The notes under the pieces are model-generated. The model was given only the letters and a program-made list of their open reading frames with translations. It was not told the DNA's origin and ran no database searches. The translations under genes and the position numbers were made by a program. From Auanema rhodensis (Eukaryota > Animalia > Nematoda), in contig OZ059900.1 in assembly GCA_964057225.1 (NCBI GenBank), positions 24,676,001 through 24,740,000 on the forward strand: a stretch of 64,000 nucleotides of DNA, given 5' to 3'. Position 1 is the first letter of the stretch; each line of letters opens with the position of its first letter. Positions 57,276-64,000 of this stretch are shown in pieces.

Positions 57276-60200
57276 ATGTAACACGCTGAAATTCGTTGCA
57301 TTTGACGACTCATATGAACAAAAATCGATTTAATCAATATTAGCCATAAGGGGCGTGCCCTCAGAATATGCTAATTTCCTTAATTTTCTAACCCCTGTTT
57401 TTTTGTCGTGAAAGTGGAACTAGACGTTGTACGAACAATTTTGAGCTATGTTTCATTGACATTGCATGAGTTTGAACACATGAAATCGTAAGTCAAAACC
57501 TTGTTTACAGCGAAATTTCCAAAAACTGGTTTTCCAGCATAATAAAATATTTCTCATGGGAAATACTGTGTTTTTGTATTTTTCTAGTGTTCAGCATGTA
57601 AAATGCTTCATTTTAGTATGTAACACGCTGAAATTCGTTGCATTTGACGACTCATATGAACAAAAATCGATTTAATCAATATTAGCCATAAGGGGCGTGC
57701 CCTCAGAATATGCTAATTTCCTTAATTTTCTAACCCCTGTTTTTTTGTCGTGAAAGTGGAACTAGACGTTGTACGAACAATTTTGAGCTAGGTTTCATTG
57801 ACATTGCATGAGTTTGAACACATGAAATCGTAAGTCAAAACCTTGTTTACAGCGAAATTTCCAAAAACTGGTTTTCCAGCATAATAAAATATTTCTCATG
57901 GGAAATACTGTGTTTTTGTATTTTTCTAGTGTTCAGCATGTAAAATGCTTCATTTTAGTATGTAACACGCTGAAATTCGTTGCATTTGACGACTCTGATG
58001 AACAAAAATCGATTTAATCAATATTAGCCATAAGGGGCGTGCCCTCAGAATATGCTAATTTCCTTAATTTTCTAACCCCTGTTTTTTTGTCGTGAAAGTG
58101 GAACTAGACGTTGTACGAACAATTTTGAGCTAGGTTTCATTGACATTGCATGAGTTTGAACACATGAAATCGTAAGTCAAAACCTTGTTTACAGCGAAAT
58201 TTCCAAAAACTGGTTTTCCAGCATAATAAAATATTTCTCATGGGAAATACTGTGTTTTTGTATTTTTCTAGTGTTCAGCATGTAAAATGCTTCATTTTAG
58301 TATGTAACACGCTGAAATTCGTTGCATTTGACGACTCATATGAACAAAAATCGATTTAATCAATATTAGCCATAAGGGGCGTGCCCTCAGAATATGCTAA
58401 TTTCCTTAGTTTTCTAACCCCTGTTTTTTTGTCGTGAAAGTGGAACTAGACGTTGTACGAACAATTTTGAGCTAGGTTTCATTGACATTGCATGAGTTTG
58501 AACACATGAAATCGTAAGTCAAAACCTTGTTTACAGCGAAATTTCCAAAAACTGGTTTTCCAGCATAATAAAATATTTCTCATGGGAAATACTGTGTTTT
58601 TGTATTTTTCTAGTGTTCAGCATGTAAAATGCTTCCTTTTAGTATGTAACACGCTGAAATTCGTTGCATTTGACGACTCATATGAACAAAAATCGATTTA
58701 ATCAATATTAGCCATAAGGGGCGTGCCCTCAGAATATGCTAATTTCCTTAATTTTCTAACCCCTGTTTTTTTGTCGTGAAAGTGGAACTAGACGTTGTAC
58801 GAACAATTTTGAGCTATGTTTCATTGACATTGCATGAGTTTGAACACATGAAATCGTAAGTCAAAACCTTGTTTACAGCGAAATTTCCAAAAACTGGTTT
58901 TCCAGCATAATAAAATATTTCTCATGGGAAATACTGTGTTTTTGTATTTTTCTAGTGTTCAGCATGTGAAATGCTTCATTTTAGTATGTAACTCGCTGAA
59001 ATTCGTTGCATTTGACGACTCATATGAACAAAAATCGATTTAATCAATATTAGCCATAAGGGGCGTGCCCTCAGAATATGCTAATTTCCTTAATTTTCTA
59101 ACCCTTGTTTTTTTGTCGTGAAAGTGGAACTAGACGTTGTACGAACAATTTTGAGCTAGGTTTCATTGACATTGCATGAGTTTGAACACATGAAATCGTA
59201 AGTCAAAACCTTGTTTACAGCGAAATTTCCAAAAACTGGTTTTCCAGCATAATAAAATATTTCTCATGGGAAATACTGTGTTTTTGTATTTTTCTAGTGT
59301 TCAGCATGTAAAATGCTTCATTTTAGTATGTAACACGCTGAAATTCGTTGCATTTGACGACTCATATGAACAAAAATCGATTTAATCAATATTAGCCATA
59401 AGGGGCGTGCCCTCAGAATATGCTAATTTCCTTAATTTTCTAACCCCTGTTTTTTTGTCGTGAAAGTGGAACTAGACGTTGTACGAACAATTTTGAGCTA
59501 TGTTTCATTGACATTGCATGAGTTTGAACACATGAAATCGTAAGTCAAAACCTTGTTTACAGCGAAATTTCCAAAAACTGGTTTTCCAGCATAATAAAAT
59601 ATTTCTCATGGGAAATACTGTGTTTTTGTATTTTTCTAGTGTTCAGCATGTAAAATGCTTCATTTTAGTATGTAACTCGCTGAAATTCGTTGCATTTGAC
59701 GACTCATATGAACAAAAATCGATTTAATCAATATTAGCCATAAGGGGCGTGCCGTCAGAATATGCTAATTTCCTTAATATTCTAACCCTTGTTTTTTTGT
59801 CGTGAAAGTGGAACTAGACGTTGTACGAACAATTTTGAGCTAGGTTTCATTGACATTGCATGAGTTTGAACACATGAAATCGTAAGTCAAAACCTTGTTT
59901 ACAGCGAAATTTCCAAAAACTGGTTTTCCAGCATAATAAAATATTTCTCATGGGAAATACTGTGTTTTTGTATTTTTCTAGTGTTCAGCATGTAAAATGC
60001 TTCCTTTTAGTATGTAACACGCTGAAATTCGTTGCATTTGACGACTCATATGAACAAAAATCGATTTAATCAATATTAGCCATAAGGGGCGTGCCCTCAG
60101 AATATGCTAATTTCCTTAGTTTTCTAACCCCTGTTTTTTTGTCGTGAAAGTGGAACTAGACGTTGTACGAACAATTTTGAGCTAGGTTTCATTGACATTG

Positions 60201-63200
60201 CATGAGTTTGAACACATGAAATCGTAAGTCAAAACCTTGTTTACAGCGAAATTTCCAAAAACTGGTTTTCCAGCATAATAAAATATTTCTCATGGGAAAT
60301 ACTGTGTTTTTGTATTTTTCTAGTGTTCAGCATGTAAAATGTTTCATTTTAGTATGTAACACGCTGAAATTCGTTGCATTTGACGACTCATATGAACAAA
60401 AATCGATTTAATCAATATTAGCCATAAGGGGCGTGCCCTCAGAATATGCTAATTTCCTTAATTTTCTAACCCCTGTTTTTTTGTCGTGAAAGTGGAACTA
60501 GACGTTGTACGAACAATTTTGAGCTATGTTTCATTGACATTGCATGAATTTGAACACATGAAATCGTAAGTCAAAACCTTGTTTACAGCGAAATTTCCAA
60601 AAACTGGTTTTCCAGCATAATAAAATATTTCTCATGGGAAATACTGTGTTTTTGTATTTTTCTAGTGTTCAGCATGTAAAATGCTTCATTTTAGTATGTA
60701 ACACGCTGAAATTCGTTGCATTTGACGACTCATATGAACAAAAATCGATTTAATCAATATTAGCCATAAGGGGCGTGCCCTCAGAATATGCTAATTTCCT
60801 TAATTTTCTAACCCCTGTTTTTTTGTCGTGAAAGTGGAACTAGACGTTGTACGAACAATTTTGAGCTAGGTTTCATTGACATTGCATGAGTTTGAACACA
60901 TGAAATCGTAAGTCAAAACCTTGTTTACAGCGAAATTTCCAAAAACTGGTTTTCCAGCATAATAAAATATTTCTCATGAGAAATACTGTGTTTTTGTATT
61001 TTTCTAGTGTTCAGCATGTAAAATGCTTCATTTTAGTATGTAACACGCTGAAATTCGTTGCATTTGACGACTCATATGAACAAAAATCGATTTAATCAAT
61101 ATTAGCCATAAGGGGCGTGCCCTCAGAATATGCTAATTTCCTTAATTTTCTAACCCCTGTTTTTTTGTCGTGAAAGTGGAACTAGACGTTGTACGAACAA
61201 TTTTGAGCTAGGTTTCATTGACATTGCATGAGTTTGAACACATGAAATCGTAAGTCAAAACCTTGTTTACAGCGAAATTTCCAAAAACTGGTTTTCCAGC
61301 ATAATAAAATATTTCTCATGGGAAATACTGTGTTTTTGTATTTTTCTAGTGTTCAGCATGTAAAATGCTTCATTTTAGTATGTAACACGCTGAAATTCGT
61401 TGCATTTGACGACTCATATGAACAAAAATCGATTTAATCAATATTAGCCATAAGGGGCGTGCCCTCAGAATATGCTAATTTCCTTAATTTTCTAACCCTT
61501 GTTTTTTTGTCGTGAAAGTGGAACTAGACGTTGTACGAACAATTTTGAGCTAGGTTTCATTGACATTGCATGAGTTTGAACACATGAAATCGTAAGTCAA
61601 AACCTTGTTTACAGCGAAATTTCCAAAAACTGGTTTTCCAGCATAATAAAATATTTCTCATGGGAAATACTGTGTTTTTGTATTTTTCTAGTGTTCAGCA
61701 TGTAAAATGCTTCATTTTAGTATGTAACACGCTGAAATTCGTTGCATTTGACGACTCATATGAACAAAAATCGATTTAATCAATATTAGCCATAAGGGGC
61801 GTGCCCTCAGAATATGCTAATTTCCTTAATTTTCTAACCCCTGTTTTTTTGTCGTGAAAGTGGAACTAGACGTTGTACGAACAATTTTGAGCTAGGTTTC
61901 ATTGACATTGCATGAGTTTGAACACATGAAATCGTAAGTCAAAACCTTGTTTACAGCGAAATTTCCAAAAACTGGTTTTCCAGCATAATAAAATATTTCT
62001 CATGGGAAATACTGTGTTTTTGTATTTTTCTAGTGTTCAGCATGTAAAATGCTTCATTTTAGTATGTAACACGCTGAAAGTCGTTGCATTTGACGACTCA
62101 TATGAACAAAAATCGATTTAATCAATATTAGCCATAAGGGGCGTGCCCTCAGAATATGCTAATTTCCTTAGTTTTCTAACCCCTGTTTTTTTGTCGTGAA
62201 AGTGGAACTAGACGTTGTACGAACAATTTTGAGCTAGGTTTCATTGACATTGCATGAGTTTGAACACATGAAATCGTAAGTCAAAACCTTGTTTACAGCG
62301 AAATTTCCAAAAACTGGTTTTCCAGCATAATAAAATATTTCTCATGGGAAATACTGTGTTTTTGTATTTTTCTAGTGTTCAGCATGTAAAATGCTTCATT
62401 TTAGTATGTAACACGCTGAAATTCGTTGCATTTGACGAATCATATGAACAAAAATCGATTTAATCAATATTAGCCATAAGGGGCGTGCCCTCAGAATATG
62501 CTAATTTCCTTAATTTTCTAACCCCTGTTTTTTTGTCGTGAAAGTGGAACTAGACGTTGTACGAACAATTTTGAGCTAGGTTTCATTGACATTGCATGAG
62601 TTTGAACACATGAAATCGTAAGTCAAAACCTTGTTTACAGCGAAATTTCCAAAAACTGGTTTTCCAGCATAATAAAATATTTCTCATGGGAAATACTGTG
62701 TTTTTGTATTTTTCTAGTGTTCAGCATGTAAAATGCTTCATTTTAGTATGTAACACGCTGAAAGTCGTTGCATTTGACGACTCATATGAACAAAAATCGA
62801 TTTAATCAATATTAGCCATAAGGGGCGTGCCCTCAGAATATGCTAATTTCCTTAGTTTTCTAACCCCTGTTTTTTTGTCGTGAAAGTGGAACTAGACGTT
62901 GTACGAACAATTTTGAGCTAGGTTTCATTGACATTGCATGAGTTTGAACACATGAAATCGTAAGTCAAAACCTTGTTTACAGCGAAATTTCCAAAAACTG
63001 GTTTTCCAGCATAATAAAATATTTCTCATGGGAAATACTGTGTTTTTGTATTTTTCTAGTGTTCAGCATGTAAAATGCTTCATTTTAGTATGTAACACGC
63101 TGAAATTCGTTGCATTTGACGAATCATATGAACAAAAATCGATTTAATCAATATTAGCCATAAGGGGCGTGCCCTCAGAATATGCTAATTTCCTTAATTT

Positions 63201-64000
63201 TCTAACCCCTGTTTTTTTGTCGTGAAAGTGGAACTAGACGTTGTACGAACAATTTTGAGCTAGGTTTCATTGACATTGCATGAGTTTGAACACATGAAAT
63301 CGTAAGTCAAAACCTTGTTTACAGCGAAATTTCCAAAAACTGGTTTTCCAGCATAATAAAATATTTCTCATGGGAAATACTGTGTTTTTGTATTTTTCTA
63401 GTGTTCAGCATGTAAAATGCTTCATTTTAGTATGTAACACGCTGAAAGTCGTTGCATTTGACGACTCATATGAACAAAAATCGATTTAATCAATATTAGC
63501 CATAAGGGGCGTGCCCTCAGAATATGCTAATTTCCTTAGTTTTCTAACCCCTGTTTTTTTGTCGTGAAAGTGGAACTAGACGTTGTACGAACAATTTTGA
63601 GCTAGGTTTCATTGACATTGCATGAGTTTGAACACATGAAATCGTAAGTCAAAACCTTGTTTACAGCGAAATTTCCAAAAACTGGCTTTCCAGCATAATA
63701 AAATATTTCTCATGGGAAATACTGTGTTTTTGTATTTTTCTAGTGTTCAGCATGTAAAATGCTTCATTTTAGTATGTAACACGCTGAAATTCGTTGCATT
63801 TGACGAATCATATGAACAAAAATCGATTTAATCAATATTAGCCATAAGGGGCGTGCCCTCAGAATATGCTAATTTCCTTAATTTTCTAACCCCTGTTTTT
63901 TTGTCGTGAAAGTGGAACTAGACGTTGTACGAACAATTTTGAGCTAGGTTTCATTGACATTGCATGAGTTTGAACACATGACATCGTAAGTCAAAACCTT

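Larger units (their letters stand above)
1..64000. repeat. Tandem satellite DNA array, 342-bp monomer, 187 full copies plus a 42-bp partial, single orientation; probably (peri)centromeric or heterochromatic
   Basis: ATTGCATGAGTTTGAACACATG recurs every 342 bp (1, 343, ... 3421, 6841 ... 44461). The phase shifts by +2 after 47355 and again after 57275, and 187x342+4 = 63958. The array runs off both window ends. The centromeric assignment is inferred only from monomer length, AT content and homogeneity. Confidence 0.99.
47197..64000 (+). repeat. Second copy of monomers 54-103 (source starts at 18127), offset 85 monomers (about 29.07 kb)
   Basis: Ordered rare variants AT194TG, C124A+T286C, G305A+G315A, T266A, G325T, T335C, A163C, G99T+A118T, C242G, C146T, G10A, G99A, T70C and A24C all recur 85 monomers downstream. 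Confidence 0.9.

Noticed and set aside
1-64000. Giant repetitive ORF, since 342 is divisible by 3
   Set aside because: Each monomer has stops in all six frames: plus strand TGA 7-9, TAA 29-31, TGA 21-23; minus-strand stops read on plus as TCA at 33, 94 and 131.
1-64000. CRISPR array or other repeat-spacer system
   Set aside because: There are no unique spacers; the entire 342 bp is repeated, and no associated genes are present.
1-64000. Primate alpha-satellite dimer (about 340 bp) or another named satellite
   Set aside because: Only the length is similar, and I see no alpha-satellite motifs. Some beetle and plant satellites have similar lengths, but I cannot verify identity without a database search.

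Overview
The whole window is one head-to-tail tandem array of a 342-bp AT-rich satellite (about 34% GC): 187 complete monomers plus a 42-bp partial. It is most likely eukaryotic (peri)centromeric or heterochromatic satellite DNA; I cannot name the family or species. There are no genes, RNA genes, transposons, CRISPR arrays or inversions. Monomers differ from the consensus by 0-5 substitutions. I counted about 38 distinct variants by eye, and the only indel is a GT insertion in monomers 139 and 168. Used as barcodes, the variants show nested structure: local 2-, 3-, 4- and 6-mer higher-order repeats, a 15-monomer tandem duplication with a hybrid junction monomer, and an 85-monomer (about 29 kb) duplication whose junction monomer carries the GT insertion. 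They also show a length-conserving 4-monomer replacement that resembles gene conversion. The monomer is rich in imperfect inverted repeats, and several common variants repair the mismatch in these quasi-palindromes, in one hairpin from either arm. Notation: monomer n starts at 1+342(n-1), plus 2 after monomer 139 and plus 4 after monomer 168; variants are numbered by position within the monomer. All variant calls were made manually and need confirming by alignment.
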